Assembly: GCA_033119305.1 (NCBI GenBank)
Contig: VSWD01000008.1
Coordinates: forward strand, 62,068,347-62,132,346
Direction of reading: 5' to 3'
Source: Pinctada imbricata
Lineage: Eukaryota
Length of the DNA stretch: 64,000 nt
How positions within the stretch are numbered: the stretch's first letter is position 1; the number at the start of each line of letters is the position of its first letter. Positions 24,194-36,100 of this stretch are shown here, in pieces. The notes under the pieces were generated by a model that was given only the letters and a program-made list of their open reading frames with translations, was not told the DNA's origin and searched no databases. Position numbers and translations under genes: made by a program.

Positions 24194-26191
24194 GGGTACC
24201 TGTAAAGTGCGAAACGAAACAAAAACGAAACGAAACGAAACGAAACAAATCGAAACAAATTGAAACGAAACGAAACGAAACGAAACAGATCGAAACGAAA
24301 CAAAACAGATCGAAACGAAACGAAACAGATCGAAACGAAACAAAACAAAACATAAAACTTAAAGAAAATGAGAAAAAGAGGAAAAATCGCCGAAAACGAA
24401 TATTTCAAGACAAGATCTTATTGAAGGGTCAGGGGGTACCACTCTCCTCCTGCCGCCTCCCCCCTCCCCGTGGGGGGAGGGGGTCTTGGGCGGTCAAGAC
24501 AAATGTTTAAACTTTAAAGTGTAAATTGGTGCAATAGTGAAGTTATTTGGGTTATTTCCTTTTTTAAACCTTGAATAAAGCCTGTGTTTGTGAAACACGA
24601 ATGCCCCCGGTGGCATCTTTGTTAGTATAAACGCCATTTTCTGTTAAGTACGTGAAAAGTCAAAGTCAAGGTGACGAGGACAAAACCTTTTGCTAACAAT
24701 GAAATGGTCTTCTCACAAGGAATACACATGTGAAATATGAAAGCCCTATCACTTACTATTCAAAAGTTATGCCCAATGTTAAAGTTTTTGAAAAGTAGGT
24801 CAAAGGTCAAGGTCAGGGGGTTAAAACTTTTGGTATCAATGGAAAGGTCTTGTCACAAGGAATACACATGTGAAATATGAAAGCCCTATCACTTACCATT
24901 CAAAAGTTATGCCCAATGTTAAAGTTTTTGAAAAGTAGGTCAAAGGTCAAGGTCAAGGTCACAAGGTCAAAAATTTTGGTATCAATGGAAAGGTCTTGTC
25001 ACAAGGAATACACATGTGAAATGTGAAAGCCCTAACATTTACCATTCAAAAGTTATGCCCAATGTTAAAGTTTTTAGTTCGGACAAACAGACAGACAGAC
25101 AAACAGACGGACAGGCCAAAAACTATATGCCCCCGAATCTGTGATTCCGAGGGCATAAAAAAGAAATAGACCTGTTTAGATGAAAAACTAAGGTGAGCGG
25201 AGCGAGCCTGAAGTATTTGAAAAATGAATTGAAAATTGTGGCGAGCGAAGCGATCGGGAAAAAATTTTAAGGTATATATAGATGAATTTCGTGGTAATTT
25301 TTAGAATTGAGATTATGTACATGAACGCATAAGAGCAAGATTATTTATATTAAGAGTAATTTTCTAATTTTTTTGGGTTACTGTTACCCTCCCAATCATC
25401 TGTCCCTCCTCTCGCCCCCTTTCCTCTCCTCCCGCCCCCTTTCTCTCCCCTCCCTTTGTCCCTGTCCACCCCCTCATTATTGCCTTCAACCGTTAGTTCT
25501 TGTGGCTGGAGGGTTTTTTAAAGAATCAAAGTTGACGATTAAAACATAATATATACGGTATATAGCACAATTGCATTTTAAAGGAGAGTGATTGGGATGA
25601 ATAACCTCGTCACAGACGGAAAAATATTATTTAGCAGGGAGGAGTCTAGCGCAGAGGAAACGGAACTGTTCCGTTATGTGTATTTGAAAATTTTATCAGA
25701 AAAATGAGAACAATTAAAAACTGGGGGGCAGATTTCGTTTAAAAAGGATAAGATTTTTTCCTGAAATATGCCCCCACCCCGTTTTATGATCTCATTACGG
25801 TGTCATAGCGTGGTTTTCTATCCCCTCCCTTTTATTCCACTTAAATACATGAATGGCATTTGACATTTACTTTTTTTAATTGTCAACTTTGACTCTTTCA
25901 AGAAACCCTCTCTGCACTAGTTACAAATGTAGAACTCTTGGATTAAGGCAATATTACATGCTGCTCTTGTCTTGAAATATTCGTTTTCGGCGATTTTTCC
26001 TCTTTTTCTCATTTTCTTTAAATTTTATGTTTTGTTTCGTTTCGTTTCGATCTGTTTCGTTTCGTTTTGTTTCGTTTCGATCTGTTTCGTTTTGTTTCAA
26101 TTTGTTTCGTTTCGTTTCGATTTGTTTCGTTTCGTTTCGATTTGTTTCGTTTCGTTTCGTTTTTGTTTCGTTTCGCACTTTACAGGGACCC
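24194..26191. mobile_element. Non-autonomous DNA transposon with ~235-bp terminal inverted repeats (GGGTMCCTGTAAAGTGCGAAAC...; each contains a (GAAAC/GTTTC)n array) and a perfect 9-bp TSD, TTCTTTATC. MULE/Merlin-like by TSD length. It carries a nested F3 element
   Basis: TSD at 24185-24193 and 26192-26200. Arm 24194-24425 is the reverse complement of 25965-26191 at ~95% identity. No ORF. Confidence 0.6.
24581..25162 (+). mobile_element. Family F3 element nested inside the long-TIR element
   Basis: 5' cctgtgtttgtgaaacacgaatgcccccggtggcatctttgttagt, 3 units, (ACAGAC)n, 3' atgcccccgaatctgtgattccgagggcat. Confidence 0.65.
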
Positions 26192-26374
26192 TTCTTTATC
26201 ACATTTTTTCTGATACAAAAATTTGGTTTTTATATATATGAGGGCTGATTGATGTGTTGTGAGCCTCGTATTTAAGGATTTGAATCTTATTAGACATTTT
26301 GAATTACTTTTCTACATAATCCCCTTTAGTATCTATGCAGTTTAAGGGCCTCAATACCACTTTTAAAGAACTCC

Positions 26375-26912
26375 TTATCTGGTCAGAAAGCCATCCACTG
26401 CAAGTATGACATCATCATTGGACTGAAAGTGGGTGCCAGAAATAGCTACTTTCAGTTTTGGGAATAGATGAAAGTCTGATGGAGCAAGATCAGGTGAATA
26501 AGGCGGATGCTCAATCAAATTAAAGCCACAATCATGTATGGCAGCCATGGCAGTGACAGACTTGTGAACACGAGCATTGTCCTGATGGAGCAACACACCA
26601 TTAACTGGTGAGCTTTCCGCTTAAGTTTAATATTTTCCCGTAACTGTGTCAGAAGTGACGCATAGTATGTGTCATTGATTGTTTGTCCTTTTTAGAGATA
26701 ATCTATTGGCAGAATACCTTCTGCAACCCAATAATCCAAGGCTCACAACAGATCAGCCCTTGTAGCAAAAGTTTCGAATGAATATTTCCAATACTGAAAC
26801 AGTACAAAGATGCAAATTTAATTCCTACTAGTTTTGACGATTGGAAAAAAACCCCAGACATATCTGTACTGATAAATTGTAAGCTTATGGCAAATATTAT
26901 CAGAGAAATCAT
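26375..26912 (-). pseudogene. Mariner-like (Tc1/mariner, DD34D) transposase remnant with a frameshift and an internal stop
   Basis: LLHQDNARVHKS...HPPYSPDLAPSDFHLFPKLK signature. An upstream frame gives INDTYYASLLTQLRENIKLKRKAHQL (stop and frameshift near 26600). A further frame gives ..LICCEPWIIGLQ. Confidence 0.7.
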
Positions 26913-27844
26913 TACTGGCTTAAAGATAAAAAAAATTTAAAAACTAAAATAAAAAAAAATCACACATCAAGAGATGATATCAAAAATACGAATATTTCCA
27001 ATTACCTAAATACTTACACTAAGACAAGTGGTCTTCTTCAATAAAAAAAAATTGATAAATTATAGTTTTGTACCAATGTAATTCTCACCCTAACTATCTA
27101 AACTTGACATTTAAAGAAAGATGAGGTAAAGCGTAGTATAAACCCCAGGATCACAGATTCAGAAACTAATATTACATTCAGCATTTCACCCAACATGATT
27201 TGGAGGGGGGGGGGGAGGAGGGCTGGCTAACTTGTTTTTAGGATCTTGAATCACTCTTGTGGCAACTATCAAAGGAGAATATTATCTTGACTCTAATTTG
27301 ACAAAGGAGTTATATTTCAGTAGTGTAAGATTTTCACCCTCAGTGGGTGGTGGTATAATTTCAAAGTAATGAGAGGATATATAGTAGGTAGTTGATATAG
27401 AACAATGTAATGGTCTGACAGTTCAATAAAAGGGATAATGAATAATTCTGAAAATTAATCCATTTTTTAGATTCATTTATTTCTCAATAAACCAACAGGC
27501 ATAAAAAAGGGAAATAATTTTGACTGTTGTTTTATAATACTTTTATTGCATGGTCTTGAAGTGTCCACATGAGTTGTCGCGTTTTCTAATTTGTGAAATC
27601 ACCATGAAGTTTTACTTAATATTGTGATGTCTGGCTTGTTTATTGGAAAGTTGGTAGGTAAGTTACAGGAGGAGTCTAAACTAGGACACCAACAAAGTCA
27701 TGAAAGGCCCAGTCAAGGATTTTTTTGTTTTAGTGGTGCTTTTTATGAATCAATCAATTGATATCTAGAAAGTTGAATGCTCAACAGAAAATTTGCTCAC
27801 ATCATATATGACTTTTATAAATAAATTTCACGGCTAAAGTTTAT

Positions 27845-28550
27845 TTTTACTTTTCACATGTAGGTCAAACTGCAAGGTCAAGGTCATGAGGTAAAAGTGT
27901 GGTATTCATAGAAAGGGTGTACAAAAGGAATTTGTTTTAGATTTTACATATTCTATTGATAATAATATCAAAGGGATCGGAAACAAGTTATCCAATTTAG
28001 AAGTATTCTTCTCCCAAAAGGAATACACATGTGAAATATTAAAGCCCTCTCATTTTCCTTTCAGAAGTTAATGCTAAGATAAGATTTTAGATTTTCAAAA
28101 TTAAATCAAACTGCAAGTTCGGGTCACAGGTCAAAACATTGGTAGTCATGGATACGTCTTGGTACAATGAATGCAAATGTGAAATAAAACAAAAATTGAA
28201 AGCCCTATCACTTACAGTTCTAAAGTCATGATCAAGATTAAAGTTCTTTTCAAAAGTAATACAATTTCAAAGTTAAAGAAAGACAACAAGGCCAAAAATA
28301 AGTTACAAAGAATACAAATGTCAAAATAAAATTTTATATCACTTGCCTTTCAAAAATTAAGACAGTCAAACTTCAAGATTAAAGTGAACAGTTTAAAACT
28401 TTTGTACCAAGAGAAAGGTCTTGCCACAAAGAACACTCACTAGAAATCCGAAATCTCTATCACTAATCATTCAAAAGTTATGCTGAAAGTTCAAGTTTTG
28501 GTCACTGATTGGAAGACAGACAGAGGGACAAGTCTCTTTTTGTGACCATG
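27845..28550 (+). repeat. Degenerate AGGTCA-type satellite copies ending in (GACA)n
   Basis: Recognisable ggtcaaggtca / cacatgtgaaata..aagccct.tca motifs, strongly diverged. Confidence 0.4.
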
Positions 28551-28856
28551 TGCTTTTGGAAAAGCAGGGATCAATTAAAGTGCATTGCAAGAATAGAAAT
28601 GCATGTATCATCCTTTTTCACTGGTGATACAAAATCATGATCAAAATCAATAATAGAGCACTGAACTAATCTTGATTTTTTTCACAGTATATCTTTTTAT
28701 CTCTATGATTGTATATTTACAAGTCAATGCATCCTCCATTGAAATACTAGTTCCTCTGAAGGAGTTAAAAAAATCAAAACACCACATGCATGTAAACAGG
28801 ACACAGATAAGGACATTTTTGTGTATATAACACAAAACATTGAAGAATATATGTCG

Positions 28857-28936
28857 TCAGACCCGTAATCTTGGTGAGGCTTGAACCAGCAACCTTATGG
28901 TCACTGACCTGATGCCTTAAGCACTAGACCAAGGCG
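28857..28936 (-). pseudogene. tRNA-like sequence (A box TGGTCTAGTG, B box GGTTCAAGCC, ~50 nt apart) without a pairing acceptor stem. A tRNA pseudogene or SINE head
   Basis: Minus-strand read: gtcggcgccttggtctagtgcttaaggcatcagg...ggttgctggttcaagcctcacc. No cloverleaf closure. Confidence 0.3.
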
Positions 28937-29338
28937 CCGACAGAAGGATTTATACAGGCAACGTTTTTGTGTTAACAACTAAATGACGTAGAGAGTATCA
29001 GGAAAATGCATGTTCACAACGTCTTTTACAATTTTTTGGATTATCTATAAAAGTAAAAAGAACAAAACTTCCAAAATGGCCTCTAATTAATCTAATACAC
29101 AAATTAAGTTATACATACCCTTTCGTGTGACCTTTAGTACCCTTTACTTGACCTTTGCTTCTGCCAGGAGTCCCTGAAAGACATACTCAATTAATGATGT
29201 TTACAGATAATTGACGTCGAACTTCCTGTTACACCAAAACAAGTTTAATTTTCAGATTTTTTTCTAAGTATCTAAGTTGTATGGTGGCATTCTTCTGCCT
29301 CCTACATGCGAGATATTTTCTGTAGATTATGTCGTCAT

Positions 29339-29450
29339 GAGACTTATTTGTGTCAACATACAAGATAATTATGTTGACATGCAAGATAATTATGTTGACA
29401 TACAAATTAATTATGTTGAAATGCAAGACAATTATGTTGCATGTTGACAA
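29339..29450 (+). repeat. Minisatellite with a ~22-bp unit (tgttgacatRcaagataattat), ~4.5 copies
   Basis: Read directly. Confidence 0.7.
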
Positions 29451-30819
29451 AATAAGTTGCATTTTATATATTGTACCCTTTATATTTGCGAACTTTATAT
29501 GTTGCATTTAGCTTTTTCAGTATACAAACATCACATAAACAAAATTCATAAAACAAATGAGACAAAAGTTAAGTATTCATATGAGTATAGCATATAAAAA
29601 TAAAGAGATAATATGAACAAGTTTGCTTTTTTTTAATGTACTCAGTCTTCACGAAAACTTAAACTCGCCCAACAGCTTGGGCTACCAGAAATTCTGCTGT
29701 ACTAGTATAATTTGTCTAACAAACTATACAATTTACCAGTAGGATTTGTAATCTGATTAAATCAGGCTGGTTGTTTTTAAAAATATTTTTGTGAAAACTG
29801 TTTAATAGTAAATATCTTACAACAAAAAATCTAGAATAAAGTTAATACATGTATTTTACAAATTATTTGATAGAATTCCCTTGTTGGCTTTAGGATATAT
29901 AAGGTTACACAGCCTGGTTCATGTTGAAATAGAACTAAAACACCCTGTATAATCCTCATATTTATTATGTCCTGCTTTCCTATGCAAAGAAAAGCTACAG
30001 TTTTTTCACTTTCTACCCAAGGTTAAAAAATGATTTCTTCTTGACATGAAAAGATGCAAACTTATTAGTGATTGTTCAAGAATAGTTAAATCAGAAATCA
30101 CACCAAATTATCCAAACAATAAATCTGAGACATAGCCTGTTAAATGGAATGTATATGTGTTAATGGACTCAGAGGGGGCATTAAGTCAAGACCTGAACGG
30201 ATATACTTATCATCAGTTACACCTTACCATCATAAGTGTAGGAACCTGCAAGCATAATTCACATCTTCTTTATCATCAAACTTACAGACTTACTTCATAA
30301 ACTTAGAAGTAAGCAACAAGTAGTTACAGATGGGGATATTCATGCCCTGAAAGTAGCATGCAATCAGACTGTGACTTTGTGAATATAACTGGCGATGTCA
30401 AGAATCAATAATCCCTCAACTAAGGCGTCAAATCAATGTTCTGATTGTGCAACCATTACCCTTACACGCAATCTGCTATTTGTAGTCCCATTTAAGGAAA
30501 GTATGCGTATTAGGAAAAACACGTCCTGCTTAAGATGGATCTGTTTAATCAACTTTCATTGATCAGTTTCAGCATTTGGACAAAGTTTGGATAATACCTA
30601 GATTCTAAATTGTAAATGGCAACCTTAATTCAAATAAAACAAATAAGAAAACGATGTGCACCCAGCTAGTAAGCCTTTTATTCTACATCTATTGGTGGCC
30701 CTTAACAAGACAACATTCATTAATAATGTTACTTCCATGTAGGAATCTATATCCTAAAGGCCAATCTACAAGAAAATAATCATACAAGTAAACAAAATGT
30801 TTTTCATAAAAAAAGATGT

Positions 30820-33800
30820 CTCCCCCCTCCCTCTAAGTTACTTTGACCTTAGGCCAAAATGCAAAATGATGTGAAACCTTTGAGTCATGGGCAACATCAT
30901 ACTAAAACATGAAAGTAATTCATTACATTGTTTGAGGTAAAGCCCAAACATGATTGGCATATATAATTTCATTATAAGCATATTTAAAGAAATTGACTTT
31001 GGTCACATGACCTTGGATATAGGTGATCTGAAATCTACACTCACTGACGAAGATTAAGTACCCGAAACATGCATGTCTGGTCCATGCTGAAAACTTATCT
31101 GTTTTTAAATGATGCTATTGAATTTGAAGACGTTTAGCATTGTATGGATCATGAGCATCAAAAAACTGAATTAGTGATTGGATACACAGTTCAAAATATA
31201 AAGCCTAAACGTTATTAGCATAGACAATTTCAGCCTGGACATGCTTAGCATATACAATTTCATTACCAAAGTAAGAAGCTACCTTAACCATGTGACCTTG
31301 GGACAATGTGATAAGAAACATTCAGTCCTTAGAAATAACATACTAAAATATGAAAACAATTGTAAGAAGGGTTCAGGAGATATAGCCCAGACAATATTAG
31401 TACGTACAATTTCATTAAAAAGAACTAAATGATCTTGACCTTGGGCACATGACCTTGGGTCAAGATGATAAGAAACCCTCCAATCCTGAGCAACAGCATA
31501 CTATAGTATAAGAGTGATCCAGTATACGATTCCACAGATATAGCCCAGACTCAATAGCATTTACAATTTCATTAAAAAATGTAATACTTGACCTTAGTCA
31601 TATGACCTTGGATCAAGAAGGTGTGAAACCTTTGGGTCATCAGCACCATCATACTAAAATATGACGTGATCTGATCACGGTTCAAAAGATTAAGCCTGGA
31701 CATAATACATGTAACAAATACAATTTCATTTAAAATATACTAATTGACCTTGACTTTGGTCACATGACCTTGAGTCAATGTGATGTGAAACCTTTACGTG
31801 ATAAGCAACAACATACTAAAATATGACGGTGATCTGATAAATAGTTCAAAGAGATACAGCCCCAATGGGATAGCATATACAATTTCATTTAAATGTACTT
31901 AGTAACTTTGACCTTAATCAAATGACCATGGGTCCAGGTGAAACCTTTTGGTCATGACTAAATACATTCTTAAACTTGAAAGCAATCCAGTATGCAGTCC
32001 AAGGGATAAAGCCTAAACAAGAATGTATCTACAATTTCATTAAAAATGTAGTAAGTGACCTTGGCCTTGGGTCAAGGTGATGTAAAACCTTCCGGTCATA
32101 AGCAAAAACATACTTAAATATGAAAGTGATCCGGCAAACGGTTCAAGAGATATAGCCCGGACAAGAATGTATGCACAATATCATTAAAAATAGCAATCCA
32201 AGGAATGCTCGTGTCGCCTGCGAAGCGGCTTGATTATTATTCTAGAAAGTGGATCAAAATTATTGGTAACAGTAGAAAAGTTTTGTCAAATGAAATTCAT
32301 TTGAAATATCAGACCTCATAATTACAAATTAAAAGATATGGTCATTCTCAAATTTTCAGAAAATAGTGTCAATCATCTAGGCAAAAGTCACTATGTAAAA
32401 ATTTGTAACGAAAAGGTCTCATCATAAGAAATATCAAAGACCTATCACTTACCAATTAAAAAATATACACAACCTTAATTTCTTAGAAAAGAAGGTCAAA
32501 CAGTTAGGTCAAGGTCAAACATTATGGTATGTGTAGAAATGCATTGTTACGAGGAAAATACATGTGAAATAGCAAAGCCCTATCACCTACCAATCAAAAG
32601 ATATAGCCAATTTGAATTCTCTTGAAAAGTAGGTCAAATATCTAGGTCAAGATCACAAGGTTAAATATTATGGTCTGTGTAGAAAGGTCATGTCACAAGG
32701 AATACACATGTGAAATATCAAAGCCCTATCACTTACATGTACCAATCAAAAGATATATACAATCTTAATACTTTTGAAAAGTGGGTCAAATATGTAGGTC
32801 AAGGTAAATAGGTCAGAAATTATGGTATGTGTAGAAAGGCGTTGTTACAAGGAATAAACATGTAAAATATCAAAGCCCTATCACTTACCATTAAAAAGAT
32901 ATAGTGAATCTTATCTTTTTTTCAAAAGTAGGTCAAATATCTAGGTCAAGGTCACAAGGTCAAAAATTATGGTGTGTGTAGAAAGGTCTTGCCACAAGGA
33001 TTGCATGTGTGAAATATCAAAGTCCTAACCCTTACCAATCAAAAGATATATCAATTCTTAACTTTTTTGAAAAGTAGGTCAAATATGTAGGTCAAGGTCA
33101 CTAGGTCAAAAGTTATGGCATGTGTAGAAAGGTCTTGTCACAAGGAATACACATGTGAAATATCAAAGCCCTATCACTTACCTTTCAAAAGTTATGGGCT
33201 GTGACACCCAAAGTGTGACAGACAGATGGACTGACTGACGGACGGACGGACAACGGACAAAGTGATCCCTAAGTGTCGCTATGCTTCGCAGGAGACACAA
33301 AAATGCACTAAGTGACCTTGACCTTGGTCACATGACCTTGGGTCAAGGTGATGTGAAACCTACGGGTCATAAGCAACAACATGCTAAAATATGAAAGTGA
33401 TCGGGCCAACGTTTCCAGAGATATAGCTTGACAGGAATGTATTCATAATTTCATTAAAAATGCACTAAGTGACCTTGACCTTGGTCACATGACCTTGGGT
33501 CATGGTGATGTGAAACATTTGGGTCATAAGCAACAACATACTAAAATATGAAAGTGATCGGGCGAACGGTTCAAGGGATATGGCACAGACTGGAAAGTAT
33601 GCACAGTTTCATTAAAAATGCACTAAGTGACCTTGACCTTGGTCACATGACCTTGGGTCAAGGTGATGTGAAACCTTCGGGTCATAAGCAACAACATACT
33701 AAAATATGAAAGTGATCCGGCATTCGTTCAAGAGATATAGCCCGGACAGGAATGTATACATAATTTCATTAAAAATGCACTAAGTGACCTTGACCTTGGT

Positions 33801-34150
33801 CACATGACCTTGGGTCAAGGTGATGTGAAACCTTCAGGTCATAAGCAACAACATACTAAAATATGAAAGTGATCCGGCAAATGGTTCAAGAGATATAGCC
33901 CGGACAGGAATGTATGCATAATTTCATTAAAAATGCACGAAGTGACCTTGAACTTGGTCACATGACCTTGGGTCAAGGTGATGTGAAACCTTCGGGTCAT
34001 AAGCAACAACATACTAAAATATGAAAGTGATCGGGCTAACGGTTCAGGCGATATAGCCCGGACACGATGTGTGACAGACGGACAGACAGACAGACAGACG
34101 GACGACGAAGGCAAAACCAATATGTCTCCTCTCTGTTGGGGGGGAGACAT
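30820..34150 (+). repeat. Family F5 array: a ~158-bp unit (gcactaagtgaccttgaccttggtcacatgaccttgggtcaaggtgatgtgaaacc...). There are ~9 diverged copies, then a nested F2 insertion, then 5 near-identical copies. It ends in (GACA/GACGGACA)n plus the hairpin atgtctcctctctgttgggggggagacat
   Basis: Periodicity and the terminal 8-bp-stem hairpin (ATGTCTCC/GGAGACAT) read directly. Confidence 0.75.
32186..33302 (+). mobile_element. Complete family F2 element (~8 x 120-bp units) inserted into the F5 array between aaaaat and gcactaag, with at most a 1-bp duplication
   Basis: F2 5' and 3' termini are present. Flanks are tcattaaaaat | element | tgcactaagtgacc. Uninterrupted F5 units read cattaaaaatgcactaagtgacc. 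Confidence 0.7.
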
Positions 34151-34270
34151 AAATACATGTATATAAACAATAAAATATGAAATATCCAACTGTAACTCTT
34201 CTAAATGTCTCCTTGACAATGTGTATGGAGGAAAACAAATACTTAAGCATAGAAAATATAGGATTCTTAC

Positions 34271-34479
34271 CGACATATTGGTCAGCCTCAGGTTTATCAC
34301 TTTCTGGCCTACCATGTTTCTTTTTTACAGGTGGTGGTTGTCGCTGCCGTTCCCATTCCGCTCTATTCAGTTTGATTCTCAGATATATAAGAAATTTTTC
34401 TATGAGACCAGGTTTACAGGCGACAATACCTTCGATCAAATCATTGTCAACCTCAAAATTGAATCTTTTGAAAACTTTC
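34271..34479 (-). CDS. SPEF1: SPEF1-like gene B exon 3 (end of the CH/DUF1042 domain): (R)KVFKRFNFEVDNDLIEGIVACKPGLIEKFLIYLRIKLNRAEWERQRQPPPVKKKHGRPESDKPEADQYV. Acceptor ttctgtatttcag; best donor G|GTAAGA at 34270 (alternative donors at 34329 and 34313)
   Basis: Aligns with human SPEF1 KVLKRLNFSVPDDVMRKIAQCAPGVVELVLIPLRQRLEERQRRRK (memory). Phase matches exon 2 (AG+G=R). Confidence 0.65.
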
Positions 34480-34605
34480 CTGAAATACAGAAAATTTTCT
34501 CAGTTAACTAAGCGATATTGCTCACAGAAAGGTAATGAACTAAATACTAGTATTGTGAAAGAAGAAAACACTATGGTGTGGTTGTGAAACACTGCATAAT
34601 AAAGC

Positions 34606-36100
34606 CAGTGTTTGTGAAACACAAATGCCCCCGGTGGCATCTTTGTTAGTATGAACACTAATTTCTGTTAAGTACATGTATGTGAGGTCACTGGGTTAAA
34701 AGGTCAAAGGTCAAGGTCACGAGGTCAAAAATTTTGGTATCAATATAAAGGTCTTGTCACAAGGAATACACATGTGAAATATGAAAGCCCTATCACTTCC
34801 CATTCAAAAGTTATGCCCAATGTTAAAGTTTTTGAAAAGTAGGTCAAAGTCCAAGGTCAAGGTCACAAGGTCAAAAATTTCGGTTTCCATGGAAAGGTCT
34901 TGTCACAAGGAATACACATGTGAAATATCAAAGCCCTATCACTTTCCATTCAAAAGTTATGGTCAAGGTTAAAGTTTTTAATAAGTAGGTCAAAGGTCAA
35001 GGTCAAGGTCACGAGGTCAAAAATTTTGGTATCAATGGAAAGGACTTGTCACAAGGAATACACATGTGAAATATGAAAGCCCTATCACTTCCCATCCAAA
35101 AGTTATGTCCAATGTTAAAGTTTTTGAAAAGTAGGTCAAAGGTCAAGGTCAAGGTCACGAAGTGAAAAATTTTGGTATCAATGGAAAGGTCTTGTCACAA
35201 GGAATACACATGTGAAATATGAAAGCCCTATCACTTCCCATCCAAAAGTTATGCCCAATGTTAAAGTTTTTGAAAAGTAGGTCAAAGGTCAAGGTCAAGG
35301 TCACGAGGTCAAAAATTTTGGTATCAATGGAAAGGTCTTGTCACAAGGAATACACATGTGAAATATGAAAGCCCTATCACTTCCCATTCAAAAGTTATGT
35401 CCAATGTTAAAGTTTTTGAAAAAGTAGGTCAAAGGTCAAGGTCACGAGGTCAAAAATTTTGGTATCAATGGAAAGGTCTTGTCACAAGGAATACACATGT
35501 GAAATATGAAAGCCCTATCACTTCCCATTCAAAAGTTATGCCCAATGTTAAAGTTTCTGAAAAGTAGGTCAAAGGTCAAGGTCAAGGTCACGAGGTCAAA
35601 AATTTTGGTATCAATGGAAAGGTCTTGTCACAAGGAATACACATGTGAAATATGAAAGCCCTATCATTTCCCATTCAAAAGTTATGCCCAATGTTAAAGT
35701 TTTTGAAAAGTAGGTCAAAGGTCAAGGTCAAGGTCACGAGGTCAAAAATTTTGAAATCAATGGAAAGGTCTTATCACAAGGAATACACATGTGAAATATG
35801 AAAGCCCTATCACTTCCCATCCAAAAAATATGCCCAATGTTAAAGTTTTTGAAAAGTAGGTCAAAGGTCAAGGTCAAGGTCACGAGGTCAAAAATTTTGG
35901 TATCAATGGAAAGGTCTTGTCACAAGGAATACCCATGTGAAATATGAAAGCCCTATCACTTCCCATTCAAAAGTTATGTCCAATGTTAAAGTTTTTCGGA
36001 CAAACAGACAGACAAACAGACAAACAGATAAACAGACAAACAGACGGACAGGCCAAAAACTATATGCCCCCGAATCTTTGATTCCGGGGGCATAAAAAAA
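34606..36100 (+). mobile_element. Family F3 element: ~10 x 142-bp units, a long (ACAGAC)n and the 3' hairpin atgcccccgaatctttgattccgggggcat
   Basis: Termini and units read directly. A partial duplicate of the 5' terminus (gttgtgaaacac) lies 25 bp upstream. Confidence 0.7.

Noticed and set aside
26228-27550. Attempt to delimit mariner terminal inverted repeats
   Set aside because: I could not find matching ~28-bp inverted termini by eye. Only the transposase remnant is reported.
33839-34587. Four overlapping ORFs on both strands at 33839-34587
   Set aside because: Only the minus frame 34271-34479 has homology and splice sites (SPEF1 exon 3). The others are frame artefacts of the same segment and of the F5 3' end.
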